Below the pieces are notes generated by a model, which was not told the origin of the DNA, made no database searches, and worked only from the letters and a program-made list of their open reading frames with translations. Positions 34,028 through 44,183 of a stretch of 64,000 nucleotides of DNA are shown here, in pieces (position 1 is the first letter of the stretch; each line of letters starts with the position of its first letter). The stretch is from a bacterium (GTDB taxonomy: Bacteria; UBA8248): contig OZ244799.1 in assembly GCA_965219955.1 (NCBI GenBank), positions 320,001-384,000 of the forward strand. Direction: 5' to 3'. Position numbers and translations under genes: made by a program.

Positions 34028-34185
34028 GGGAAATCCTCTGGGAGATGGGTACTCGATGCTCTTGCATCACACTATATGAGGGTTTGCCGGATTGCAAAAC
34101 GTGTTTTCGTGCTCATTGACGCCCATGACATCGGTTGATAGCGTTGAAAAAAGGCGGTTTTCGTTGCTTTTCCCCATGACTCAAG

Positions 34186-35268
34186 GTGCGGAGACGCATC
34201 GGGGAGGAATGGAGTTTGTCCGGCGATGCCCATCGGGAGGAGTTGCACCTTGTAGTGGCGCCCACTTGGATAGGTGATACGGCGATGTCCGCTCCTTTTT
34301 TTTCATCCTTGAGGCGAGCACACCCCGGGGCGAGAGTGGTGGCGGCGGCTGGTCCCTGGACTTCCGGGCTGCTCCGCAGTTTCCCCTGGATCGACCGGGT
34401 CTTGCCTCTCGATGCGGGGAAATGGAGCAGCTTCTTTTCTTTGAGGAGAATGCTGAGAAACGAGCCGGTGGATTATGCGTGGATTCTGCCCAACAGTTTT
34501 CGTGCGGCCCTCATGGTGAAATGGACGGGAGCAAGGCGGCAGGTCGGATATGGGAGCGATAGTCGGGGCTGGCTTTTGAGCAACCGTGTGGCTCTTCCGG
34601 GAGATGTTTCTCATTTGGTGGATCGGTATCTTTACCTTCTTCAGGCGGAAGGACATCAGACCCGGGCTCGGGTCGATGATTACTTCATCAGGCCGGAGGC
34701 GCAACGATTCGCGGAAAATTTATTGATAGCGCATCACGCGAGGAAGAATGCGCCTTTGGTGGGAGTTCACCCCGGAGCCTTTTTCGGTGAATCCAAGACC
34801 TGGCCGCTGGAATACTTCAAAAAACTCATTCACCGGCTCGTGGACCGCGAGGGGGCGCAGGTTTTCATACTGGGCGGGCCGGATGAGCTGGCGCTGACGG
34901 GGAAGCTGGATCGGATGTCCGGGGGACGAGCGGTGAATCTGGCCGGAAAAGATACTCTGGAAACGCTGCCCGCCCTGCTCTCTCGCCTGGATGTCTTCAT
35001 CTCCGGCGATACGGGTCCGCTTCATGTAGCGGCGCTCGCCGGGACGGCGACGATTGCGCTGTTCGGTTCCACGGACTATCGTCGAACGGCGCCGAGAGGC
35101 CTTTGGAACCGGACCATTCACAAGAATCTCGATTGCAGCCCGTGTTTCGCGAGAAAGTGCCCTCTCCGCCATAACAACTGTATGAAACAGATTACGCCCG
35201 AAGAAGTGGCAAGCGAAGTCACCGGGTTGCTGAACAACAAACAGAGGATCGGCAAGGATGGAAATTGA
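34186..35268 (+). CDS. waaF: LPS heptosyltransferase II (GT9); start uncertain
   Basis: PTWIGD, LPNSFRAA, PGAFFGESKTWP, DTGPLHVAA, CSPCFARKCP. Confidence 0.88.
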   Translation: MRRRIGEEWSLSGDAHREELHLVVAPTWIGDTAMSAPFFSSLRRAHPGARVVAAAGPWTSGLLRSFPWIDRVLPLDAGKWSSFFSLRRMLRNEPVDYAWILPNSFRAALMVKWTGARRQVGYGSDSRGWLLSNRVALPGDVSHLVDRYLYLLQAEGHQTRARVDDYFIRPEAQRFAENLLIAHHARKNAPLVGVHPGAFFGESKTWPLEYFKKLIHRLVDREGAQVFILGGPDELALTGKLDRMSGGRAVNLAGKDTLETLPALLSRLDVFISGDTGPLHVAALAGTATIALFGSTDYRRTAPRGLWNRTIHKNLDCSPCFARKCPLRHNNCMKQITPEEVASEVTGLLNNKQRIGKDGN

Positions 35269-35860
35269 GAAAAGCGCCGCGAAGAGGCCGGCGGTATTTT
35301 TTGACAGGGACGGAACCCTGAACCGGGACGTGGGTTACGTCACCCATCTCGACGTGTATGAGCTCCTTCCCAGGGCGGCGGCGGCCGTCCGCAAGGTGAA
35401 CGAGGCGGGATGGCTCGCCGTTTTGATCACGAACCAGGCCGGCGTGGCGCGGGGTTACTTCTCCGAATCCATGATCGAAAAGGTGCATCGCAAGCTTCGG
35501 GATGAACTGGGCGGCAAAGGCGCGCGTCTCGACGCCATCTACTATTGCCCGCACGTTCCGAACGGGGACAATCCCGAATATGCGATTGACTGCAAGATGC
35601 GGAAACCCTTTCCCGGCATGATTCTCAAGGCGGCGGCGGAGCACGGCGTCGACCTGGAAAAATCCGTCATGCTGGGAGACAAGTATTCCGACCTGGAAGC
35701 GGCCTGGCGCGCGGGTTGCAGGGCGGGCCTTGTGCTCACGGGATACGGGCGGGGAGAAAGAGAGCTTCGTGGAGAACAGTGGCCCCGCCAGCCCGATTTC
35801 GTGGCGCAAGACGCCTATCATGCGGTGGAAATCATCTTGAATGAGAGCGGGAAGCACTAA
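35258..35860 (+). CDS. gmhB: D-glycero-D-manno-heptose 1,7-bisphosphate phosphatase
   Basis: HAD DRDGT, TNQAG, YYCPH, RKPFPGM, GDKYSD. Confidence 0.92.
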   Translation: MEIEKSAAKRPAVFFDRDGTLNRDVGYVTHLDVYELLPRAAAAVRKVNEAGWLAVLITNQAGVARGYFSESMIEKVHRKLRDELGGKGARLDAIYYCPHVPNGDNPEYAIDCKMRKPFPGMILKAAAEHGVDLEKSVMLGDKYSDLEAAWRAGCRAGLVLTGYGRGERELRGEQWPRQPDFVAQDAYHAVEIILNESGKH

Positions 35861-35861
35861 T

Positions 35862-36854
35862 ATGAATTCATCGCTGGAGAAATATATTCAAAAATTCTCG
35901 TCTGTCCACGTGGCGGTGATTGGCGACTTCATCGCGGATGAATTCATTCACGGCGCCACTTCTCGCATCAGCAGGGAAGCGCCGGTTCTTGTTCTGGATT
36001 TCATCCGTCGCGAGGTCGTTCCCGGCGGCGGGGGCAATGCGGCGATGAACGCGGCGGCCCTGGGCGGTAACGTTACGGCCATCGGCGCCTTGGGGACCGG
36101 TGAGGCGGGCGAGGAACTCCGCCGTACGATGAGGAAACACAGGATAGATACCGGGCTGTTATTTGAAGATTCCGGGCGCGTCACGCCCACGAAGACGCGT
36201 GTGATGGCGGGAGGCAGAAACACCAAGCGCCAGCAGGTGATTCGGGTGGATCACGAAATGAAACTGGATTTGAGCGAGGCGCTCGAATCTCGGTGCATCC
36301 GTGAAATCGAGAGGGTGGCGAATGACGGCCTGGATGCTCTGTTGATTTCAGACTACGGCCTGGGCGTCCTTACGAAAGGGGTCAAAGAGGCGATTCGGGA
36401 ATTATCCACCGAACTCATCGTCACGGTGGACAGCCGCTATGCGGGAGATTCGTTTCCGGGGGTCATGGCCGTCACGCCCAATGAGGAGGAAATGGCAGGC
36501 CTTCTGGGTTATTGGCCCGATGAGGAACGCCTCGATGAAGCGGGAGCTTCTTTGCTCGAAAAAACGGGGGCCCGGGCGATATTGCTCACCCGGGGAGACG
36601 AGGGCATGAGTCTCTTTGAAAGAGATGCTCCAAGGGTGGATATTCCTATCTACGGGTCGGATCAGGTGCTCGACGTGACCGGGGCGGGGGATACGGTGAT
36701 TGCGGCGTTCACGCTCTCCCTGGCTGCGGGCGCCTCGATGCGCGAGGCGGCGGAACTCGCGAATCGCGCGGCGGGTTTGGTGGTGATGAAGGCGGGAACG
36801 ACGGTCGTGGAACCCCGGGAGCTTCTGGCGACGTTCGAGAAGGAGGGCGCGTGA
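35862..36854 (+). CDS. Heptose-7-phosphate kinase (RfaE/HldE domain I only; PfkB family)
   Basis: RISREAPV, PGGGGNAA, KTRV, SDYG, DVTGAGDT; no fused nucleotidyltransferase domain. Confidence 0.87.
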   Translation: MNSSLEKYIQKFSSVHVAVIGDFIADEFIHGATSRISREAPVLVLDFIRREVVPGGGGNAAMNAAALGGNVTAIGALGTGEAGEELRRTMRKHRIDTGLLFEDSGRVTPTKTRVMAGGRNTKRQQVIRVDHEMKLDLSEALESRCIREIERVANDGLDALLISDYGLGVLTKGVKEAIRELSTELIVTVDSRYAGDSFPGVMAVTPNEEEMAGLLGYWPDEERLDEAGASLLEKTGARAILLTRGDEGMSLFERDAPRVDIPIYGSDQVLDVTGAGDTVIAAFTLSLAAGASMREAAELANRAAGLVVMKAGTTVVEPRELLATFEKEGA

Positions 36855-36962
36855 GCATCCGGAAAAAGGCTTGTTGGTGGAAATGGATGCGGGTGAATTT
36901 CCCGAAACCGGTTTTTGGGAAATCGAGTGAAAACGGCAGGCGCATCGGGAGAGCGGTCGCGG

Positions 36963-38000
36963 ATGGGTGAGCGAATCCTCATCATTCGTTTGGGTGCGAT
37001 TGGTGATGTTGTCCATGCGCTGCCCCTGGCGTCGGCCATCAAGGATGCGCGGCCTGATTCCCATATCACATGGGCGGTCGAGCCGGCCCCGCGAGAGGTT
37101 CTGCTCGGAAATCCGGATATAGATGAAATCCTGACCATTGACACCAGGAAGTGGCGGAAAAACCTGCTCTCCGGCGGTTTCGCTGCTCTTAGGCGCGACT
37201 TGCTGGCGGTCAGGAACGTAGACGCCGACGTGGCGCTGGATGCCCAGGGGCTGATCAAGAGCGGCTTTCTGGCATGGGCGTCCGGAGCGCCCGTTCGCAT
37301 AGGATTTGAGCATCGTTATTGCAAAGAAGGAATGAACGTTCTTTTCACGACGCATCAGGTGCTGCCCCCGCAAAACCCCCACCACGTGGTGGAGAAGAAT
37401 TTGTCTCTTCTCGATCCACTGGGTTTGCCGATTCCGCCTGAGGAGCAATACCGCTTTCCTCTTCATGAAACGCAGCAGGAGAGGGAGCAGGCGGAAAAGT
37501 ATCTTGAGAACGCGGGCCAGCGGGACGGGCGTCAGCTTCTGGTGATCCATCCCGGGGGCGGGTGGGTGACGAAGCGCTGGGCGCCGGATCGTTTCGCGCA
37601 ACTCGCCGATGACTGGCATGTGAATGGCGAGGGGGACGTTCTGCTGATATGGGGCCCGGGAGAGGAAAAGATCGTGGAAGAGGTGATGGACGCCATGAAA
37701 ACGCGGCCTCATGTTTCGCCTGCGACGGGCATTCGCGAAATGATGGCCTTGATTCGGCGTGGTTCTTGTTTTGCGGGAGGCGACTCGGGTCCCATGCATC
37801 TGGCTGCCGCTATGGGGGTTCGATGTCTGGCGATCATGGGGCCAACGGAACCCGTGAGGAACGGCCCATGGGGCGCAGGGCATGTGGTTTTACATCATCG
37901 ACTCGCTTGTAGTGGTTGTTATGCGAGAAAATGTCCTGATATCGAGTGTCTGGAACGCGTGAAGGTCGAAGAAGCGATTGATGCGCTGAACCGGCTTTAG
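36963..38000 (+). CDS. waaC: LPS heptosyltransferase I (GT9)
   Basis: IIRLGAIGDVVH, DAQGLIKSG, TKRW, GDSGPMHLAAA. Confidence 0.85.
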   Translation: MGERILIIRLGAIGDVVHALPLASAIKDARPDSHITWAVEPAPREVLLGNPDIDEILTIDTRKWRKNLLSGGFAALRRDLLAVRNVDADVALDAQGLIKSGFLAWASGAPVRIGFEHRYCKEGMNVLFTTHQVLPPQNPHHVVEKNLSLLDPLGLPIPPEEQYRFPLHETQQEREQAEKYLENAGQRDGRQLLVIHPGGGWVTKRWAPDRFAQLADDWHVNGEGDVLLIWGPGEEKIVEEVMDAMKTRPHVSPATGIREMMALIRRGSCFAGGDSGPMHLAAAMGVRCLAIMGPTEPVRNGPWGAGHVVLHHRLACSGCYARKCPDIECLERVKVEEAIDALNRL

Positions 38001-38155
38001 TCGGCCCCATGAAAAACATGGCGAGATATGCGAAACTAACTGAGTTTATTGAAAGAAGCAGTCGATGTTTCAGTTTTCGTAGTGATGCAGCCAATGACTT
38101 CGAAGTGTGATTTCCGTTTCTGGAGGTCGGTTGAAAAATTGGAGATGAGCGTAAT

Positions 38156-38353
38156 ATGAGCGTGGATAAAGAGTTGCTGGAGATTTTGGCATGTCCCGTC
38201 ACCAGGACCCCGCTTGAATTAAGCGGAGACGGAAATTTTTTAATCGCCCGGGAATCGGGGTTGGTTTACAAAATCGAAGATGGCATCCCCATCATGCTGG
38301 TGGACGAAGCCATCCCGCTCGATGAGTGGGAGAAAGCCCAGGGGAAAGGCTAG
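38156..38353 (+). CDS. Trm112/YcaR family small protein
   Basis: LLEILACP...YKIEDGIPIMLVDEA. Confidence 0.9.
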   Translation: MSVDKELLEILACPVTRTPLELSGDGNFLIARESGLVYKIEDGIPIMLVDEAIPLDEWEKAQGKG

Positions 38354-38357
38354 AGAG

Positions 38358-39182
38358 ATGTCTGGCTTGGCGGAAGCATCTGCCGAAGCCGGCACGGAAA
38401 GGAAGCTTGTCTCCATATCGGCAAGGAAACCGGTTAGCGTCACGATTGTCGCCCACAATGAAGCGAAACGCATCCGTGCATGCATCGACAGCGTTTCCTG
38501 GGCGAATGAAATTATCGTTATAGATGCAGGCAGTACGGATGGCACGCAGGAGATATGTCGAAAAAGCGGCGCGTTGGTCCTTCAACACCCCTGGCAGGGC
38601 TATGCGGCGCAAAAGAATTTCGCCGTCTCGAAAGCGAGTCATTCCTGGATATTGAGCCTGGATGCGGATGAACGCGTAAGTCCCGGGCTTGCAACAGAAA
38701 TTCTCTCCGTTTTGTCTCACGATGCTCCTGTTGCGGGATACCGGATACCCCGAAAGAACATATTCTTCGGCCGCTGGCTCCGCCATGGCGATCTTTGGCC
38801 GGATTACCAGATCCGGTTATTCCGGCGCGATGCCGGAGCGTTTAACGAGAAAAGCGTTCACGAGTCCGTGGTGGTTCAAGGGCAAGTTGATGTATTTTCA
38901 TCCCCCCTGGAGCACTATAGCTATGATTCACTTTTCGATTTTTTCCAAAGACAGGTGAAATACGCCAGGTTATCGGCGGAAGACCTGTTTTCCAGGGGAG
39001 CGAGGCCTGGAATAGGTGATTTTGTCTTTCGTCCACTTTGGCGTTTTTTCAAGAGCTACATTCTGAAAATGGGCCTCCGGGATGGCGTGAACGGATTATG
39101 GGTATCAGCCGGCTCCGCCTGTTATGTGTTCCTGCGCGCCGCCTTTTTATGGGAGTTATGTCGGGAACGTGAACGCTCTTAG
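38358..39182 (+). CDS. Glycosyltransferase family 2 (WaaE/KdtX-like)
   Basis: DAGSTDGT, GYAAQKN, LDADE, VHES, LEHYSY. Confidence 0.88.
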   Translation: MSGLAEASAEAGTERKLVSISARKPVSVTIVAHNEAKRIRACIDSVSWANEIIVIDAGSTDGTQEICRKSGALVLQHPWQGYAAQKNFAVSKASHSWILSLDADERVSPGLATEILSVLSHDAPVAGYRIPRKNIFFGRWLRHGDLWPDYQIRLFRRDAGAFNEKSVHESVVVQGQVDVFSSPLEHYSYDSLFDFFQRQVKYARLSAEDLFSRGARPGIGDFVFRPLWRFFKSYILKMGLRDGVNGLWVSAGSACYVFLRAAFLWELCRERERS

Positions 39183-39380
39183 TGCTGCAGATACAGAAGC
39201 CTCCCCGGTCATGGGCGGAGGGAGGAAAAGGATTCTCCTGGAGCCCGCTTCTCATATCGAATGTGGGCGCGAGGCCCTGCTCACCGGGAAGCCGAACGGC
39301 GGATTAAAGACCGCTGAAGCAGGCGCGGCTTTCGAGCCGGCCTGGACGACACCGGAGTTCTGTCTTGAGGAGAATCCGGG

Positions 39381-41168
39381 ATGAGCCGCACCCGGGTTTA
39401 TCTCAGGCTCCTGAAATATTTGCGTCCGTACCGTTTTCGGTTCGGCATCGCAGTCGCCTGCACAATCGTCGTGGGCGGTCTGAGTGCTTATCCCGCGTAC
39501 CTCATTCAGCATGTCATCAATGACATTCTGATCTCGAAGCGGGCCGACATCGTCCTGTTGATTTGCCTGTCTCTCGTTGCCGTCTATCTGGCAAAAGGCA
39601 TTGCGGCTTATTTCCAGACCTATTTCATGCACTGGGTTGGCCAGCATGTGGTGATGGATATCCGAAACGAGCTTCATCGGCATCTTCTGAATTTACCGCT
39701 TCGGTTTTTTGAGGTGAAGACGACCGGAGAACTGATGTCGAAAGTCATTTATGACATCTCTTTGATGCAGCATGCGGCGACAGACTCCGTGCGGGACTTG
39801 CTCCGGTATGGCTTCACCTTTATCGCTTTGCTTTGTGTGGCCATTTACCAGAGTCCCAAAATGGCGGTGGTATTTATCTTGATCGTTCCCTTGGTGGCGT
39901 TTCTGGTTTTGACGATGGGAGAGAAGATTCGCCGAATCACGCGGAGAAGCCAGGAGCGCATGGGCGACATGAGCAACTTGATGAAAGAAACCTATGTGGG
40001 CATTCGCGTCGTCAAAGCGTTTGGAGCCGAAAGTGAGGAAAGGAGCCGTTTTGGGCGGGCCACCCGCTCCTTTTTCGACACTGTAATGCGGGCCATGCGG
40101 GTTCGCTCTCTCGCGCCTCCAATGGTGGAGATCATCAGCGGTGTTCTGGGGGCGGGGATTTTGTGGTTCGGGGCAAGGGCAGTCATCCAGGGGAGTATGG
40201 ATCCGGGCAAACTCACGAGTTTTGCGGTCGCTCTCGGCATGGCCTATGCCCCGCTGAAATCCTTCACTCGAGTGTTCCACAGCCTGGTGGAGGGGATTGC
40301 GGGCGGCCAGTCGGTTTTTGAGATCATGGACGAGCATGTTCCGGAAAATAAGAATCCCGGTGGCGAGGAGATGGAGCGGCTTTCCCGACATGTTCGATTC
40401 AAGGATGTGCACTTTTCCTACACGGATGAGGTTACGCTGGAGGAAATCGATGTCGAGGTGTCGGCGGGTTGCATCCTGGCCGTAGTAGGAATGAGTGGAG
40501 CGGGAAAAAGCACGTTGCTGGATTTGATTCCGCGCTTTTATTTGCCCAGCCGGGGAAGCATTTCCTTCGACGGGAAAGAAGCGTCTGAATATTCACTGAG
40601 CAGCCTGCGCGCCCAGATCGCCGTTGTGACCCAGCAGGTGATTCTGTTTAATGATACGGCGGAGAACAACATCGCCTATGGTGCGAAGAGTCCTGTCAGC
40701 CGGGAAGAAGTCATCTCGGCGGCCAAAGCGGCCAACGCCCATGGTTTTATCATGGAGCTTGAAAACGGGTATGAGACCATGCTGGGCGAGGAGGGGGTGC
40801 GTCTTTCCGGCGGCGAGCGGCAGCGCATCGCCATTGCGCGCGCGATTTTGAGGGATCCTTCCATCTTGCTGCTCGACGAAGCCACGAGCGCGCTCGACAC
40901 GGAAAGCGAGCAGTTGATTCAAGAGGCCCTGGAGCCTTTGATGAAGGGCCGCACCACGTTCGTGGTGGCTCACAGGCTCTCCACGGTCCGAAACGCTGAT
41001 TTGATCGTCGTACTGGATGGGGGACGAATCGTGGAAAGGGGGACGCACGATGAGTTGATGAAGAGGGGGGGCTTGTACCATAGACTCTACGAAATGCAGT
41101 TCGCGAATGAGGAAATGTCCCTTTCCGGTGAAATCAAAAGCGCAACGAATGGCGGGAATATACCGTAA
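39381..41168 (+). CDS. msbA: Lipid A-core flippase MsbA-type ABC transporter
   Basis: TM domain + ABC (GMSGAGKST, LSGGERQR, DEATSALD); LPS-cluster context. Confidence 0.85.
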   Translation: MSRTRVYLRLLKYLRPYRFRFGIAVACTIVVGGLSAYPAYLIQHVINDILISKRADIVLLICLSLVAVYLAKGIAAYFQTYFMHWVGQHVVMDIRNELHRHLLNLPLRFFEVKTTGELMSKVIYDISLMQHAATDSVRDLLRYGFTFIALLCVAIYQSPKMAVVFILIVPLVAFLVLTMGEKIRRITRRSQERMGDMSNLMKETYVGIRVVKAFGAESEERSRFGRATRSFFDTVMRAMRVRSLAPPMVEIISGVLGAGILWFGARAVIQGSMDPGKLTSFAVALGMAYAPLKSFTRVFHSLVEGIAGGQSVFEIMDEHVPENKNPGGEEMERLSRHVRFKDVHFSYTDEVTLEEIDVEVSAGCILAVVGMSGAGKSTLLDLIPRFYLPSRGSISFDGKEASEYSLSSLRAQIAVVTQQVILFNDTAENNIAYGAKSPVSREEVISAAKAANAHGFIMELENGYETMLGEEGVRLSGGERQRIAIARAILRDPSILLLDEATSALDTESEQLIQEALEPLMKGRTTFVVAHRLSTVRNADLIVVLDGGRIVERGTHDELMKRGGLYHRLYEMQFANEEMSLSGEIKSATNGGNIP

Positions 41169-41387
41169 GCCGCCGGCGCGATGGTTCATGGAATCGGGTG
41201 AAAAATTGTCCGGCGACCGAACTGGCTCTTGGGCTGAAAAGTTCTATTCAGACATCCGTTATGTATCCTTATCCTGAATTTTTACCAACCAGTCTTGATT
41301 CCATATATTATCCCGAAGGAAGCGGGAATTGTTTCGCCCGGAAAAAGCGGCCAGGTTCTTTTGGCGCCGAGGCGAGAGAGCAGCTTG

Positions 41388-42608
41388 ATGAATGAGTTAA
41401 AAGGCTCTTTCATAGAACTGGGCGGGCGCCTCAGGAGACGCTCAACTGTCTCCCGGGTGGCGTTCTGCGGGCTTTTGGGTTTTGTCGTCAGTGCGCCTTT
41501 CTCGATTTCAATCGCTCAAGTCTGCGTGTTTACCGCCGTGGCGGCATGGCTGGCTTCCATGAGTAAGACGGCGCCCCTGCTGACCCAGAAATTTCCGTTG
41601 TGGGGCCCCTGGCTCCTTTTCGCGCTGTTTACTCTCGCCAGCGCCTTTCACGCGCCGGATTCGCTTGGCAGCCTGATCAAGTCGAGAGAATTGACGCAAA
41701 TCATGATTTTTTATTTGGCCATGAACGTCGTCCAGGATGACCGGGAAGCGCTTTGGCTGGTGAAAGCGCTCTTCGTGGCCGCAAGCGTGGCTGCTTTGTA
41801 CGCCTTGGGGGTTTCGCTGCAGGGAGTGATATCTCTGGCGAATCGCCCGTCGGGCTTTTTCAGCATATACATGACGTTCGGCGGTTTTTTGCTGGTGGTC
41901 GGTCTTTTGGCGTTCACATACCTCCTGGTGCCGACTCGGGAACGAAAGAGCGGGTGGGTCTATGTGTCGGCCCTCCTGATACTCGCTGCATTGATCACGA
42001 CTTTGAGTCGCAGCGCCTGGGTGGGCCTCCTCATCGGGGTGGCGGTTGTCGCAGTTGCGAGCAGGCGCAAGATGGTGAGTTTGTGTTTGGCGCTGGCGGT
42101 GGCGCTTGCGGTATTCCTGGCCCCTCATTCCATCCGCCAGCGCGTGGAGAGCATGGTGAATCCACGGGACAAGACGGCAGTGGAGCGGATCGACATGTGG
42201 AAGGGCGGCATCGAAATGTTCATGGATAAAACACTTCTGGGGTTTGGCCCCGGGCAAATCAAAGACAATTACGCCCGCTATGCGAACCCCGATGCGGACC
42301 GGAAATCACCGTCTCATTTGCACAACAATATCGTTCACTTGGCGGCGGAGCGGGGGGTTTTCGCTCTGGGCGCCTGGATTTGGGCCTGGACCGGATATTT
42401 CGTCCTGGTGAGCAGGCGGCTTCGGGACTCAAGAGACGCGCCTTTCGGAACGCGGTTTCGCATGACAGGCGGTTTGGCCGTGGCAGCAGGCTTCTTGAGC
42501 GCCGGGATGTTCGAATACAACTTCGGCGATTCCGAGGTGGTGATGCTCGTGTTCATGGCGACCGCCTTGCCTTTTATGGGCAGGGCGAGTGAGATTCAAC
42601 ACGAGTAG
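41388..42608 (+). CDS. O-antigen ligase family protein
   Basis: Many TMs, SRSAW, R..MWK, GFGPG, HLHN (WaaL-type His). Confidence 0.82.
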   Translation: MNELKGSFIELGGRLRRRSTVSRVAFCGLLGFVVSAPFSISIAQVCVFTAVAAWLASMSKTAPLLTQKFPLWGPWLLFALFTLASAFHAPDSLGSLIKSRELTQIMIFYLAMNVVQDDREALWLVKALFVAASVAALYALGVSLQGVISLANRPSGFFSIYMTFGGFLLVVGLLAFTYLLVPTRERKSGWVYVSALLILAALITTLSRSAWVGLLIGVAVVAVASRRKMVSLCLALAVALAVFLAPHSIRQRVESMVNPRDKTAVERIDMWKGGIEMFMDKTLLGFGPGQIKDNYARYANPDADRKSPSHLHNNIVHLAAERGVFALGAWIWAWTGYFVLVSRRLRDSRDAPFGTRFRMTGGLAVAAGFLSAGMFEYNFGDSEVVMLVFMATALPFMGRASEIQHE

Positions 42609-42625
42609 TTGTTTGGATACGTGGT

Positions 42626-43810
42626 TTAGCGGAACCGGAACAAGGATTGGAAAAAGCCTAATTTTTCGACCGGCTCAGCGGCTACGAGGTCAGTCCCGCC
42701 GAGTTTGTCGCCTCCCAGTTCATACGTGACGCGGCCCACCTTCTGGCCGGCGCGGATGGGCGCGGCGATTTCTTCAGGCAATTCCAGCTTCATGGATATG
42801 CGCTTCTCTTCATTCCTCCTGATCAGCGCCTCGACGCTTTCTTTCAGCCGGATGCGCACCGTCCGCTTCTGGCCCTTCAGCACCTTGATTTGCTGGCGTT
42901 TCGGTTTTTTGATTTGGCTCAGATCAACCCAGCGGTATTGGGTGAACCCCCACGCGAGCAGGCGCCTGGCCTCTTTGAATCGGCGTCTGGAGTGGCTCGA
43001 CCCCATCACGACGGCGATGAGCCTCAGGTTTTTGCGTTTGGCCGTGGCGACGATGCTGAACCCGGCCTTTCGGTGGTAGCCTGTTTTCAGACCATCCATT
43101 CCGCGAAACCGCCCCAAAAGTGTGTTCGTGTTGGTAAGGATGAAGCTCCCGTTCCGGAAAGGAGCGTTCTTGGTGGCGCTCCACTTCATGATGAGTGGAT
43201 ACTTGATCAACTCGCGGGCAAGAATGCCGGCGTCGCGCGCGCTCATCTGGTTGGTCGGCTTTTTTCCGCCCGGGGGAAGCCCGTTGACGTTGACGAAACG
43301 GGTGTTCGTCATGCCGAGTTCTTTCGCGCGCTGGTTCATCAACTCGACGAAGGCTTCGGCGTCTCCGGCAATGTGTTCCGCCACGGCGTAGGATGAATCG
43401 TTTGCCGAACTGATGATGATGGATTTCATCAAATCTCTCAGAGAGAATTTTTCTCCCTGCTTCAAATATACCTGCTGGCCTCCGATGCGGGAGGCGCGTC
43501 TGCTGGTGGTGATGACATCGTCGAGGTGGATGATGTTTCTATGAATTTGCTCCATGGCGATTAATGCGGTCATCATTTTCACGATGGAGGCGGGTTTGGT
43601 GGGGAGCCGCTCGTTTTTTGCTTTCAGGGTTTTGCCTGTATTCGCTTCGAGCAACAAGATAGAGCGATAGGGGATGACCGCTTTACGGGAGCGTTTTCGG
43701 CGCGCGGAAGCCGAATCGACGTCGAGCGTCAGAGAACATATGAACAAAAGCAGTGGGTATGCGATGATGGACAAGCGGAATCGTCGACGACGGTCCAGAG
43801 CGAGCAACAT
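42626..43810 (-). CDS. D-alanyl-D-alanine carboxypeptidase (PBP5/6 family)
   Basis: PASIVK (SxxK), SAND (SxN), GLKTG, PBP5 C-terminal domain. Confidence 0.93.
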   Translation of the reverse strand: MLLALDRRRRFRLSIIAYPLLLFICSLTLDVDSASARRKRSRKAVIPYRSILLLEANTGKTLKAKNERLPTKPASIVKMMTALIAMEQIHRNIIHLDDVITTSRRASRIGGQQVYLKQGEKFSLRDLMKSIIISSANDSSYAVAEHIAGDAEAFVELMNQRAKELGMTNTRFVNVNGLPPGGKKPTNQMSARDAGILARELIKYPLIMKWSATKNAPFRNGSFILTNTNTLLGRFRGMDGLKTGYHRKAGFSIVATAKRKNLRLIAVVMGSSHSRRRFKEARRLLAWGFTQYRWVDLSQIKKPKRQQIKVLKGQKRTVRIRLKESVEALIRRNEEKRISMKLELPEEIAAPIRAGQKVGRVTYELGGDKLGGTDLVAAEPVEKLGFFQSLFRFR

Positions 43811-44183
43811 GCACTTTCCTTATATTCCAGGCGATACGGGTGGGTTGGAAAAAGCTCCAAGGGTAATGGATGATCCCCTTGAACTCGAACCAATTAAAGA
43901 CATTTTCCCTGTACTTGTCAAAGTGGGAAGACGGTGGGGTCCCGGGGAAGTCCCATGATGCGAGTGTATCTCGGCTTTTGACGGCGATTATTCAGTCCGT
44001 GCGGCATCCTTAAATTCCATTTCTTGCGTCTGTCATGTTGCTCTGATAGGATTTGCGCTACCAAAGGGGTATGGAATCGAATCCTCGGTTCACAATGGAG
44101 ACACACGTCAAGCGTGCCCTGTATGAAAATGGGGTATGACATTCTTTTTTGCCGCACAGGCGGAAGGAGAAGGAGGTCTTCTC

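Noticed and set aside
43811-44183. Lysine riboswitch upstream of dapA
   Set aside because: Long leader, but no L-box consensus (AGAGGUGC...) or terminator seen; an Rfam search would settle it.
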